64,000 nt of DNA from the human T2T-CHM13v2.0 reference genome, Homo sapiens. The translations under genes were made by a program, and so were the position numbers. The first letter of the stretch is position 1. The number at the start of each line of letters is the position of its first letter. The notes below the pieces were generated by a model. The model searched no databases. It was not told the DNA's origin and worked only from the letters and a program-made list of their open reading frames with translations. The stretch lies in assembly GCF_009914755.1 (NCBI RefSeq), contig NC_060926.1. One strand, written 5' to 3'. Below are positions 1 through 12,389 of the stretch, piece by piece.

Positions 1-346
1 CTCAGATGGTCTCTTGAATGGCTCACTCTGCAGATAGCCAGCTTTCATGATGTGAGGCAGAGTCTTGTGGAGTAATCCACAGGGTGGTGGTGTTGAGGTC
101 CACCAAAAAGCACATGAGTGAGTTTAGAAGAAGGTCCCTCCACCACCTCCTTTGAAATGAATCTTCAGATAAGATCACAACCCCAACTGGCAACCGCACA
201 GCAAATTCAGGAGAGCCTTTGAGCCAAAGGTGCCCAAAAGCCATGCATGAATTCCTGATCCTCAGAAATTGAGATAATAAATGCTTGTTTCTTTAAGATA
301 CAAAGACTTGTGATAATAAGCTATGCAGTAGTAGATAGTTAACACA
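1..346 (+). mobile_element. MaLR LTR, MLT1F/G-like, 3' part (runs off window start)
   Basis: Typical MLT1 3' end: attcctgatcctcagaaattgagataataaatgcttgtt...tatgcagtagtagatagttaacaca. Confidence 0.75.
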
Positions 347-1090
347 GTCTTCTCTTTCCTGGTTTATCACATTTGTGCCAAATATTCTCTTTGCTCAAAC
401 TCAAGCCCCTACTTCTAAAAATACAAAACATTGCATCTCTTCTCTGAATCTTTCTTGAGGCAGGTTCTTAAATTTCTATACCTCCATATGCACACAAAAC
501 ACATATTCCTCCCGACATCTTTCTATCTTTCAGAACCGTTGCTGGTGAAAAGAGTGAAGGTCCTCTGCGTACTTTTTTCCTGAATTCTCATGGACCTCTC
601 TGCCTTTTCCAAATAAGGGCAATCTCCTTTCCTTGAGTCATTGTTTTCCCACAAATCTTCTACTTGACTGAAGTGTTCAGGGCACATAGGATGACTTCAA
701 TATGCCTGAATTTACAAAAGACCTTTATCTTGTTTTTTATTTTTGATTCTATTACAGTATCTGAGGAAAGGAGTCAAGAGATTGCCTTTCTGTGTTATAT
801 GAATTGAGAGAAAGTTCTGTTACACACACATAAATTAATAATTTAATTTTTCACCCCAAATCTTTTCTTAAAACCAACTAACTATAATTTTCTAATTACA
901 GAACAACTTCTTACATCAGAAAATGGCTCTACATTTCTACTCAGAACTCTCTCAGTTTAGGACTAATCTTACTAACTCATTAAAAGCTTACTAATTCATT
1001 ATTAAAATGCTCTGGTTTCCCTTTTTATAAGTTGTTCATTACAGTCCATGTCCAAGTGGAATGGACCTTTCTTTGTAATTCTTTACACAC

Positions 1091-1464
1091 TGTCTTAGGC
1101 CAGTTGGGCTGCTGTAACAAAAATGGCATATACTGGATGGTTTATAAGCAACACATATTTATTTCTCACAGTTCTGGAGGCTGAGAAGTCAAAGACTGAG
1201 GCACTGGCAGATTCAGTGTCTGGGAGCACCCATTTCTCATAGATGACATCTTCTTACTGCACACTTACATGGTGAAAGGGTCTAGTTAATTCTCTGTGTT
1301 CTCTTTTATAGGGGCACTAATCACAGTCATGAGGATTTGACCCTTATGACCTAATATCCACCCAAAGTCTTCACCTTCTATTATCATCACACTGGGGGTT
1401 CAAATTTCAGAATATGAATTTGGTGACGGGGGCACAAATGTGTTATGGGGAACAGACCATAACA
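1091..1464 (-). mobile_element. MaLR solo LTR MLT1A/MLT1A0
   Basis: Starts tgtcttaggccagttgggctgctgtaacaaa, contains tttatttctcacagttctggaggctgagaagtc, ends cagaccataaca; degenerate 5-bp TSD cacac/catat. Confidence 0.9.
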
Positions 1465-2094
1465 CATATATCTGTAATTGTTTTATTTTTCAGAAAGTGA
1501 TCGTATTATTTCTGTGACATGTTATGCCAGAAAATAATACTACCTTTACACTTGAATCACAATGTAGCTATCAAATATACCTTTTCCTATAAAACTCCAT
1601 TACATAGCATTTAATATTTAAAAGTGATATTTGAGGCAAATTATTGCCTCACAGCTTAATCCTTTCATTCCACATTCAAAGCATCTCCCATGATTGTCCT
1701 CATACAACAATAATCTGTCTGTGCACAAGTGGATTAATTCTTATCTATTTTATACTTTAAACACTTACACTTCTAAGTGTTTTCTACATACTTCCGATTA
1801 GACTGCAATTACTTCTGCACCAACCTAATACAAAATAACTTGTTTTTTTTTTTAATTTTGATCCCACAGGCCTTAATTTGTATCAATCACTTTTAATAAA
1901 AGTGAGGTTAAGTAATATTTTTTGAGTCTCTACAATTTATTTAGTGGCATATACACTGCAGATCTCATTCTCTTATCTTTCACATTAGTGATGCAGTTAT
2001 ATATTAGAACAGGACCTTATTAAGATAATAATGAAGATATTTTTCACTGCTCCAGTGGTCACGATTGGATTTTCATCATTCAGATACCTAAGAA

Positions 2095-2430
2095 CAGTGG
2101 TCCACAGCCTTTTTGGCACCAGGGACCAGCTTTGTGGAAGACAATTTTTCCACAGATGGGGCACGGAGTACAGTTTGGGGATGAAACTGTTCCACCTCAG
2201 ATCAACAGGAATTATATTCTCATAAGGAGCACCCAACCTAGATACCTCACATGCATGGTTCACAATAGGGTTCATGCTCCTGTGAGACTCTGATGCCACC
2301 ACTGATCTAAGAGGAGACAGAGCTCAGGCAGTAATGCTTGCTCCCCACTGCTCACCTCCGGCTTTGCGGCCCCATTCCTAACAGGCCATGGACTGGTACA
2401 GGTCCCTGGCCCAGGGGTTGGGGACCGCTG
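2095..2430 (+). mobile_element. MER1B hAT-Charlie DNA transposon (MITE)
   Basis: Termini cagtggtcc...ggaccgctg, internal tttttggcaccagggacc and gaaactgttccacctcagatca; perfect 8-bp TSD CCTAAGAA at 2087-2094 and 2431-2438. Confidence 0.93.
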
Positions 2431-3109
2431 CCTAAGAACATAAATATGGAAATATTTTTGCTCAAATGCACCTAACCTTTAGGTGGCTAAAAACCTTTTA
2501 GCACCCGGGGTGTAGGATTGAGAGTGGAGATTACTGGCTGAGAGAAACAGCAAAAAACATTCCTCCCATTGAAATTAAATCACTCTACAATTGGGTTTAA
2601 TTGCTGGACCTACCTGGTAACTAACAAAAATACTAAACATAATTGATTGCCTCATCATTTGAAAACAAGAGGTCACTGAATCAAATAAATGGTAGGAAAA
2701 TTTAGAACCAATAAAACAAAACATTTTGGATAAAAGTTATTTCTGTCTTAGACCTGCTGCCATGAGAGTCCCATAAATGAACCAGATTTATAGTTAGCAG
2801 ACTTTCTCAGTCACTTATAAATAATGACCACTGACACATAAAATGCATTCACAAGTAGATGCTTAGATTACCACAAAGGCCTTAAGACCTAAAAGATCAA
2901 TAATGTAATGAGCTTTGTTTTTTGCTACAGACAAACAAAAAATACACCCTGCAATTTTATAAAAAATTCAGGATTAAAGATTTATGTACGCTTATGACTC
3001 AAATGTAACCATTATTGTAAGAATGCATGGTAAGCATGACATTGTTTCACTAGTCTTGCTACATCTTAAAATTAATTCGTTCATTCATCTGTCCATCCAG
3101 AAAGGATGT

Positions 3110-4335
3110 TACTATGATATACAGCTTCTAAATGGCCCCCAACCAATCCCCAAATCTTGTCATTGTGGAATCCCTTCCTCTTGAGCATGGACTAGACCAT
3201 GTAACTCACTTCAAATGAATGCAATATGAAAAAAGAGATGTTACTTCCAAGACTGATTATAAAGGGATTGTGACTTTTTCTCTACTAGGCCCTATTTTAC
3301 TCTCTCTCTTTTTTCTTTTTCTCTCCCTTTCTCTCTTTCTGTCTATCTGTCTCTCTCTCTGTTCATCTGTCTCTCACTCTTTCTCTCTGTCAAAACCCTG
3401 ATTCTAAGGAAAAGAGGAAGGTATGTTTTAGTGAATTCTCATAATTTTATTTTGGCCCAGCATCCATTTTGAATATAAATCTAACTTTCTCATACTAGAA
3501 GCAGGACTCAGTCACACTTGACAGTTTCCAGTTCTTTAACCACATCCACCCTCAGTTCCCAAATGTGATTGGTCCACATATTTGCCTGATACAACTGCTC
3601 CCTGGTGACCACTTCTACTTCCCTATGGGACAGCTAGACATAGCCTACCTGACTGACCCCACTGACCCTCAGACCTCACATGGACTGTACAGATATGTCA
3701 CAGTGACTACCTGTCAGTCACAGCACTACGTCCTGGAACTCTAAAACTTATGTTTGCTTGCTTTAAACCCACCACTTAGAACTCCCTGTGGGTAACCTAT
3801 CTAGATAAGGTCCTGGATCCAATAAAGGCATTGGCTGATAGGGTTCTCTCTCTCTCTCTCTCTCTCTCTCTCCACACTCCCTGATCTCTTCGAGTGGCCT
3901 CCAGCATGCAGTGTAAATCTCAAGACCTCTAAGTAATAAAATTTTTATTTTCATCTTGTGTCTTGCCAAATCGTTGAAAGAATACTCTCTATCGTAAGGA
4001 TCCTAAATTAAAATACATGCTATAAACAGCCCTACAGAGAGAGGCACATGTGCCAAAAAGCTTATCTTTCTGGCTAACTGCCAGTAACAACCGGAGGGCA
4101 GCCAACAGCCAAACAAGTGATCTTATAAGAGAATTCCACCCCCACTGGAGACTTTAAATAATCACAACCCTGGCAAAGACCTTAACTGTAGCTTTATGAG
4201 AATTCTGAATCACAGGTGCGCAGCTAAATAGTGCCTGGATTCTTAATTCAGACAAATTGTGATATAACAAATGCTTGTTGAATAAGTTCTTAAGTTTGGG
4301 GGTTATTTTTTATGAAACAATACATAAATAAAGCA
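3110..4335 (+). mobile_element. MaLR LTR MLT1F-like, interrupted by an ERV1 LTR at 3424-4017
   Basis: 5' motif aatggcccccaa...cccttcctcttgagcatggactagac; 3' motif gcctggattcttaattcagacaaattgtgatataacaaatgcttgttg...taagtttggggg. Confidence 0.75.
3424..4017 (+). mobile_element. ERV1 (MER4-group) solo LTR, MER73/MER87-like
   Basis: TG...CA termini; catccattttgaatata...agaagcaggactcagtcacacttgacagtttccagttct; late AATAAA signal; internal (CT)n. Confidence 0.7.
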
Positions 4336-4578
4336 GTTAAGTATTAATACATAGACTCTATAATCAAATGACCTGCGATGAATTTCTGGCTCCATAATTC
4401 TTAGCTTCTTTATCTTAGTCAATTTATACATTTTTTATATATCAATGTCCTTGTTTATAAAGCAGGTATAATAATAGTACCTCTCACATCAAGTTCTTTC
4501 AAGTTTAAAACCCAAATGTACATACAGAGATCTTAGAGCAGTGCCTGATTCACAGTAGGCACTTAAATTTTAGCTACT
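4336..4578 (+). mobile_element. MIR SINE
   Basis: ataataatagtacctctcaca...cttagagcagtgcctgattcacagtaggcactt resembles the MIR core and 3' end. Confidence 0.75.
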
Positions 4579-4924
4579 GAAGCTCATTTATTTGAACAAT
4601 AATATTAAGACTATAAAAAGTTACTAATACACTTTGCGAAATTGAGCAGGTGACATAATCACCTTGGGTCTCGGTATTCTTTCATTCATTCAAAAATATT
4701 TAATAAGCACCAATTCTGCATCAACCTGCATATATATTTATAATAAGAGGGAGAGAAAGCAACAGGAATAATAGTGCTGCCACTAAGTGAAAGAGGAAGA
4801 CTGCAGGAGAAACAGATTTCAGGGAGAATATACGGGGCAGTCAAATACCAAGAGTGAAGTTGTATGAGCTGTCAATGCTTGTGCAGTTAATGTGTTATCA
4901 TTATCTAAGGAGCATTATCTAAGG

Positions 4925-5030
4925 AGCAGTCATTCTCAAACATTTATGAGCATCTGATATAGGGCCCAAGAAGTTGCATTTCAACAAAATGACAAATAAT
5001 ACTACAGCTGCTGCTCCAGGAATCACACTA
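4925..5030. mobile_element. MER5-like hAT-Charlie fragment
   Basis: agcagtcattctcaaac...gggcccaagaagttgcatttcaacaa...gctgctccaggaatcacact. Confidence 0.55.
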
Positions 5031-6357
5031 TAGTCCATTAATGTGGAATATGTTAAAACAATTAAAAAAGTGAGTTTGATTATTATTATCATTTATAATC
5101 ATCGGGGAAAAAATGCTTGTCCCCCTAAATGTAAAACCGTTCTTGGTTTAATTGAGAAATAATTGCTCTGGTTGCTGTGGAATTTAGTAAAATTTATAAG
5201 TATAAAATATAACCTTCCAATCAACACATTTTTCCTACATAAATTTAATAAACATTGCATTGCACGTGGAAATTAATAAGTGGAAATCTTAGTTACACTG
5301 TCAGTTCCAAAATAAACAGACTTAGCTTAAACATTTGTTTCAGGTTTAAGTTACTAGCAACATAGAAGTTATCCCTATCTATTTAATGTTGTGCAATGTT
5401 AATTAAAATTGTATTTAAAAATTTTTTTTCAAAGGTTTATTCCTACTATGTATTGACTTTGTATTGGAGGCCGTATTAAATTTCCATATTTGCTCTTACA
5501 TTTTTAATATCTTTCTTAGGATTTTCTACATAAATAGTCATTTGTAAACAAATGTGTTACGCTCCTTTATTTCCAATCAGTATATTTTTAAACGTTTTTT
5601 CTTGCTTAAATATATTAGCTACGGTCTCTAGTAGAATGTTAATTGGAAGTACTGAAGGCAAATGTATTTTCGTTCTTCAAAAATTAGGAAGGAATAATCA
5701 ATTTTCTACCATTATGTATGATCCTTACTGTGGAATTTTTATAGATAGCCTTTATAAAGCTATTTATATTTTTCTGAAAATATTTATAACGAATAAATTT
5801 TTAATTTTGTCAAAAGCTTTTTCTGCACTTCTTAAGATGACCATAGATTTTTTTAAATTATAGCAATGTGGAGAAAATACCTTAATTGATTTTGAATGCT
5901 AAACCAATATTTCATTCCTGGAATAAAATCTTTTTTATGTTGCCAGATTTGATCGTTAAACTTCTATAAAAAAATCTTTGCATTATGTTTAAGGTGTACT
6001 CCTCTGTATTTTTAAAGTTTTGACATAATATGGTCTACAATGATGAATTCCTAAAATGAGTTTTAGGTATTTTCCACTAATTTTTTGGAAAAATTTTGTG
6101 TAAAAGTATTATTTTTTCTTGAAATATTTTATATAATTTACCAATGAAGGTAATTAGCCCGGGATTTTTCTTTTTTGGAAGATTTTTATTTATTAATTTA
6201 ATTTATTTAACAGACATAGTGTTATTCTGGTTTTATGTTTCTTCAGTTATACTGTAGTTTATATTATTTAAAGCCTTTGCACATTTCATCAAGAATGTCA
6301 AATTTGACAAAGATTTATTGATACTTTTTCCTTTTTATTGTTGTAATACTTGTAGTA

Positions 6358-6583
6358 GAGGGTAGCAAACTTTTCTTCTGTAAGAGGCCAGATTGGAAAT
6401 ATTTTAGGCTTCTCAGTTAGTGTAGTCTCTGACATAACTCTTCAAATCTGTTGTAATGTGAAAGTAGCCATAGAGAACACAAAAATAAATGGATGTGGCT
6501 ATGTTCTAGTACAATTTTTTTTTTTTTTCACAAAAACAGGCTATAGGCAATACTTGGTTTTGAGAACTTAATATGCTGATTCT
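6358..6583 (+). mobile_element. MER58A hAT-Charlie MITE
   Basis: gcaaacttttcttctgtaagaggccagattggaaatattttaggctt...aaagtagccatagagaacacaaaaataaatggatgtggctatgttc. Confidence 0.85.
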
Positions 6584-7189
6584 AATTTAGAGATATCTAG
6601 ATGTATAAATAGGATCAACTACAATGTGCCCTGTTGTATTACAGATATTGTCAATTTGTGTTTTTTCTTTTTTCCTCATCCGATTGTCTAGTGGCTTTTC
6701 CTTTTCATTTATCTATCCAAAGAGCAAAATTTTGGTTTGATACATTTTCTCTATCTATTTTTTTGGATATAACTTTCTTTTCTAAAAGTTTGGGTGAATA
6801 TTTAAGGCATGCGTTTTAAACCTTCCTTCCTTTCTAATACAAGCACTCAAGATTTATAATTTTTCTAAGCATATAGAAGGAATTTGTACCCCACACGTTT
6901 TAATAAGATATTTAAAAATCTTTTTCAGTTTGAAATATTTTCTAAATATCCTTCTGACTTCCTCTTTGATTAGTTAGTTATGTAAAAGTGTGTTTCTTAT
7001 TTTTCAAATTGTTCTGAAATTTTCCAGATATATTTTTGTTATTGGTTTCTATTTAAATTCCTGGTAATGAGAAACCAAACTCTATATAACTTCAAATCTT
7101 TGATATTTCCTGAGACTTTTAAAAGAATCACTCAACATATGTTCCATCTCATTAAATGATCCATGTATGCTTGAAAAAAATGTTTATCT

Positions 7190-7262
7190 ATTGCACCACC
7201 ATAATTCATCCTGGATGACAGAGCAAAATTCTGTCTCCAAAAAAAAAAAAAAAAAAAAAAAA
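7190..7262 (+). mobile_element. Severely 5'-truncated Alu (last ~50 bp plus A24 tail)
   Basis: attgcaccac...cctggatgacagagcaaaattctgtctcc followed by poly(A). Confidence 0.8.
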
Positions 7263-8497
7263 CCCTTGATCTTATCCTTTTTGAGTATAGTTTTTATAAA
7301 TATCTGTTAGGTTATAAAGTTGTTTAAATCAGTTTTGTCTTTATTTTTGTCTATTATATCAATTACTGAGAAATAGATGTTAAAAATCTCTAAATATATT
7401 TGTGAGTTTCTGCATCATGGATTCTGAATATCTTTATTGGTTTTGTCTTCATTGGCATTGTCATATCTTTTAAACAAATTTACTATTTTTAAATTATGAA
7501 GCACTACTTTAAGACGGTGAGTGGCAGCACTCACCATCTTAAAGTGTATTTTGTCGGATATTAATGTGAAGACATTAGCTTTCTATAAGTGGTGTTTGCA
7601 TAGTGCATCTTAAATTTTAATTTTAACTATAAAGTGAATATTTTATGATCAGCATATAATTGTCTTATCATCCTGATAAGCTCTCATTTTAATTGGATTG
7701 TTTGGTATCTTTATATTTTGTGTGATTTGTTATATGTTTTCTATTATGCCTACCATATTGTTATTTGACTTCCACTGTTTTCTGGTTCATAACTTTTCTA
7801 AAAGGAAGTCAGTAATAATTCATAATGCTGTTTTCTTTATTTAATGTCATATTTTTCTAGCTGCTTATACGATTTTTTCAACATACCTTAAATGTTCCGT
7901 TATATTATATGTGCTTGGGGTTCTCTAAACTTATTATGTCTATAAATTAATATCTTTTAGCATATTTGGAAATTTTTGCCTTTTTAAGTCTTCTAAAAAA
8001 AAGTCATCAAATATGTTGTTATTCCACAAATATCTCTTCTCTTTCTCTAGGATATCAAGTACACTGCTCTTAAATTGATATGATAAACCTCTTAAACCCT
8101 TAAAATGATATGATAAACTTCTTGATATAGTCCCACAGATCACAAAGATTCATCATTTTTCTCCCTAATGGTCCCTCTATGCTCTTAAATCAGATATTTC
8201 TATTAATTTGTCTTTACATTTGCTGACTCTTCTTTCTATCATGTTTATTATGACAATCAGTTCATTCAGTATTTGTTTTTAATTTTAGAAATTTTGTTTT
8301 TTAAATATAATTTGCTTTTGGTTTAAAAAATCTTATTTTGGCTAAATTATATATTTTCATTTATTATGAACATGTTTTCATTTATGTCATTTATCATTAC
8401 TATAGTAGCTACTTTATAATTTTTTCTGTTAAGCCAATATTTAATTCATCTCAATGTATATTGCAGTTGATTGCCCCTATTTTTTGCAATGTAGGTC

Positions 8498-8857
8498 TGC
8501 TATGGTCTAGATATTTATGATTCCCAAAACTCATATGTTGCAATTCTAACCCCAGGGTGATAGTATTAGGAGGTGGGACCTTGGCATGTGATTAGGTCAT
8601 GATAATGGAGCCCTAAAGAATGGGATTGCTCTGCTTGTAAAGGAGAACTCAGGGAGATATCTTGCTCCTTCACCCAGTGAAGTCGCAGAAATAAAATTTA
8701 GCTCTGAACCAAAAGCAGGCCTTCTCCAGATACTGATTCTGCTGGTATGATGACATTGGACTTCCTAGCCTTTAGATATGTGAGAAAGACATTTCTTTTG
8801 TTTGTAAGCTACCCAGTTGATGGTCTTTTGCTATAGCAACACAAATGGACTAAGATA
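8498..8857 (+). mobile_element. MaLR solo LTR MLT1A0
   Basis: Starts tgctatggtct, contains gtattaggaggtgggacctt and ttggacttcctagcct, ends aatggactaagata. Confidence 0.9.
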
Positions 8858-9308
8858 GGGTTATATTTTTCCCTACCTATCTAATACTTTTAGATTTTTC
8901 CTAGGCATTGTAAATGATACATTGTAGAGACTGGATTCTGTTTTGCTCTTCTGAGGTGACCTGTTTCTATTTTTTTAATATTGTTTGTTTTAATAGGAAG
9001 ATAACTTGTCAGTACTTGCAATAAGATATCTGTCTCTCCTGTGATGGAAAGCAGCAGAAATCTTTTCTTTTCTTTTAGCCTTAGCTGTGTTACTTGGAGC
9101 ATTCTCTGGGAATTTGAATTTTGCAGACCTGACCAATATTTAGATCTAGTTTATAGTTACGAAAGAAGTGGCCTTCTGTTGCTCTGTTTCTAAAGAAATT
9201 TTCCTCCTCTTTTTCCAGTTGTGGCAGTTATCTGGATTTACATACTCTGGTTATTCAAGTCAGTTGAGACAATAGCTTTCCTATTGGAGTCTTAAGCACC
9301 CCTTATAG

Positions 9309-9582
9309 CACTGGGTGAGGACTTTTCTTGAATAAAAATTCATAAAAATTGGAAAGGTATCCAATATATCTTCATTTTCCTGCTTTCTGCATTAGTTAAT
9401 TATTTCTATAATAGCTGAACATGTTATCCATTTTATCTCATTTATTACACTGGGTGGGAACTTTTCTCCAATAAAATTCATAAAAATGGGAAAGATATCC
9501 AATGTTTCTTCATTTTCCTGCTTTTTCTATTATTTGATTATTTTTATAATAGCTGATTATGTTGTTCATTTTACATATTTAT
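9309..9582 (+). repeat. Diverged tandem duplication, 139-bp period, 2 copies
   Basis: cactgggtg...aaaattcataaaaat...tcttcattttcctgcttt...tataatagctga repeated from 9309 and 9448. Confidence 0.9.
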
Positions 9583-10089
9583 CTCTATTTTGGATTGTTG
9601 TAGGGATTGTATATGCATGTTTAACTTATTACTGTCTATAATTAAATAGTATCATATAATTCTATATATATGTGGAAAAGGCTTTATGAAAATACACTTT
9701 TTTTAACTCCTTTTCTCTATCTTGGGATATTATTTTCATAGATTTTATTTCTAAATGCATCTTATACCTCACAGTGTATCATTGTTATTATTTTTGGTTT
9801 GAAACATTCAATTATCTTTTAAATAAATTAGATATTTTTTAAAAAGTTTTTACCCACATATTTATCATTCCTACTGCTCATAATTCCTTTACGTGTATCT
9901 TAGTCCTCACCTAGTATTATTTTCCTTTTATCTCATAAACTTTCTTTAATAGTTTGAATCACATGCAGTAAACTTCTATGCCAGAATAAATATATCTCCT
10001 AGATTTTGTTCCAGCCAAGTATCAACATATAAGCAAGATCTAGACAATATACAACTTATGATTATGCCTTTGAATGGTCACTGCTTGAC

Positions 10090-10342
10090 TTTCCTTTATG
10101 CTTACTGGTTGGAATGGTAGCAAACACTGCAACAGTCATCGTGTATGTGAAATGGAAGCCACAAATTGAGAATAGAAAAAAGCAACAAGCTACAGGGAGC
10201 CTAGGACCATGTCAAATTTCAACATAAAAATTCAATCTATAAGCTTCAACTATATGTGAAAATCATATAAATGCATATGTTTACATCATTGTTAATTTTG
10301 TGTTTCTTCTATATCAATTGAAATGCTGTCTTATCCTACACA
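10090..10342 (+). mobile_element. Old MaLR LTR (MLT1J/I-like), 3' part; putative 5' LTR of a provirus
   Basis: tggaagccaca...agcaacaagctacagggagcctagg...; ends cctacaca immediately before a MaLR internal start. Confidence 0.55.
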
Positions 10343-11746
10343 GAATTTAATGTCTAGAAGTGTGACATGACCTAGCAAAATCTTAAATATTTAAATATGT
10401 AACATGGCTTAGCAGTGAAGTACTGGACATCAAGGACTAAATAACACAGTCTAGAATTCTGGTGGTTTCTGTAGAGAGTACAATACCTTCTAAGGTAAAC
10501 TATATAGCAATAGAGCTTAAAATTCTAGAGGAAATAACTTTTTTAAATGAAAATTTTAATGCATATGGCTACTATTATCTCTGCTTTTACCAAAGTAAAT
10601 TAATAATTTTTAAATAAGAATCTAATGCATATGGCTACTATTTTCTCTGCTTTTACAAAAGTCTTATAAAACAGGATGAATTTAATTTAAATGTAGGCAT
10701 TAGGTAAGTTTTTTCTGCACACACCTCTGTTAGGGATGCTCTTTGGCTATAGCTTGAACTTCAAGATGACTGAACTCTATAAAAATGGGAAAAAACCTAT
10801 CCCTAAAATAAAGCTGTTATAAGAGATGGCTCTCAAAAAATAAGACTGTGCCCTTAAGCCTTTTCGAAACATCTCCCAGTAATTGTTTTCTACCGGATAG
10901 TGAGAGCCAGCCAAGCAGGATAGATGAAAAGAACGTCTTTTTCTCTTCACTGAAACCTATTGTTTCAAATGGCCCCAAGTTATGTGTGATTAAGTTCAGA
11001 GAGACTCTCATGGACAGAGCACAAGACAAGTACATAAAAGACTAGATATTTTAGGCTTAGAAACTATTTCTAAATATCATTGCCCCAGAATTATTCAGAA
11101 TTCAACAGACAGAAACCTACTAAAGTTTTGAAGAGATTATATTGCCCCAAGTACTAGTTTGCTTGAGCAATCCTATGGTTGTTAGACCCCTGAAATAACC
11201 TCAGCGAGATCCTCAAACTGACTAGTAGATTGCAAGTTGGAAAATCTGATTCCACGAAGGTTATATTCTTTTAATGCCTCCTTCAGATGGGCCAGAGAAG
11301 ATAATGTAAAAGGAAAAACTTTGCACTAGGTTAAGGTTGACTACATAGCACTCAGAAAGCATAACCAGTGGTATGAAGGTGGGCTATCCAAGGAACTTAG
11401 AACATATTCTACTTCTGGAGTATGGGACTCCTAGCAATTTCTTCATTACAAGATTTGGTCATTTTATTCAATGGTGACAGTGACGTGTTTCTCATTCTCC
11501 TTGATGGAAAATTGAATTGCAATTATTCTGCTCCTACTCAACTACTGTATATTGAATATGTATTTAATTTATGGACATCCTCATTAAGAGGGAATTATAT
11601 ATAGACATACAGGGAACAGTATATAACTCAGAGATCCAAAACTTTAGATTGTAAGTGATAATCTGTTTGTACATTGGATGATATCTCTTAGGGTATGATT
11701 GAGTGTATTCTTTGCATGGGAACAAATATATACACAAATGTTTGGC
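10343..11746 (+). mobile_element. MLT1-int (MaLR internal sequence)
   Basis: Start gaattt...agaagtg and aaatatgtaacatggcttag; 3' motifs actactgtatattgaatatgt and gagtgtattctttgcatggg resemble MLT-int; length ~1.4 kb. Confidence 0.6.
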
Positions 11747-12372
11747 TGTAATGAAGTGCGAGTCTGGGGGTTCACATTTTGTATAAAAATATACATTTGG
11801 CTTGACGATACCCAACCAGAAAAACAAAATACATTGCCTAGTCTCCGTTTTATGAAAGTATTGCCATGTGACCAATTGCTTATTAGACCGACTACACAAG
11901 TAGACAATGGCCTGCCAATATATGACAATAGAACTCTGAAGCACCAAATCTGCATTTGAGAAGCTGAACCACAAAATCTGGAGCAATTGTCTGAGAACTA
12001 TCAGGACTGGGTCATCAATTGTTCGCTTGCATAATTTTGCCCCTGAATCCAACTCAGGGCCAATCAAAGAAAACCAAATATGGTTTTCAAATAAATCACA
12101 TGAGACACTCAATTCTAGTTAGCCTGGCTCCAACCAAACAAATCACATAAGACACTCACTTCTAGTTAGCCTGGCTCCAACTTTCCTATAGCAAAAAATA
12201 TACAAACTGATTATATCTGAATCCTCTCCATTTTTTTTAACTGTAAAGTTTTCTCATCTACCTGCCTTTGACTCTGTGCCAAATGCAGGCATCAGTGGCT
12301 GACTCCCTTGCAAACTCTAAATATATAGTTTGTGTTTTGTTCTCCTTTGGGTTATCTTTGCTTATTTACACA
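11747..12372 (+). mobile_element. ERVL LTR, MER77-like
   Basis: TG...CA; cttctagttagcct, cctgcctttgactctgtgccaaatgcag...gtggctgactcccttgc, ends ttatttacaca; contains a 47-bp internal duplication. Confidence 0.7.
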
Positions 12373-12389
12373 TCAGGTCAATAGGAAAT

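Larger units (their letters stand above)
5430..9960 (-). mobile_element. Ancient L1M (L1ME/L1MC-type) fragments, antisense, interrupted by MER58A, an Alu fragment and MLT1A
   Basis: T-rich antisense L1 ORF2 motifs: aggattttctacataaatagtcat, aaaccaatatttcattcctggaataaa, tataatttaccaatgaag, gagaaatagatgttaaaaatctc; heavily decayed, no long ORF. Confidence 0.75.

Noticed and set aside
1632-1782. Short hairpins tgaggcaa/ttgcctca and aaacactta/taagtgttt
   Set aside because: Arms of 8-9 bp are expected by chance in 64 kb of AT-rich DNA.
11564-12112. 182-aa minus-strand ORF
   Set aside because: Spans the MLT-int/MER77 junction and shows no recognisable domain; chance frame.
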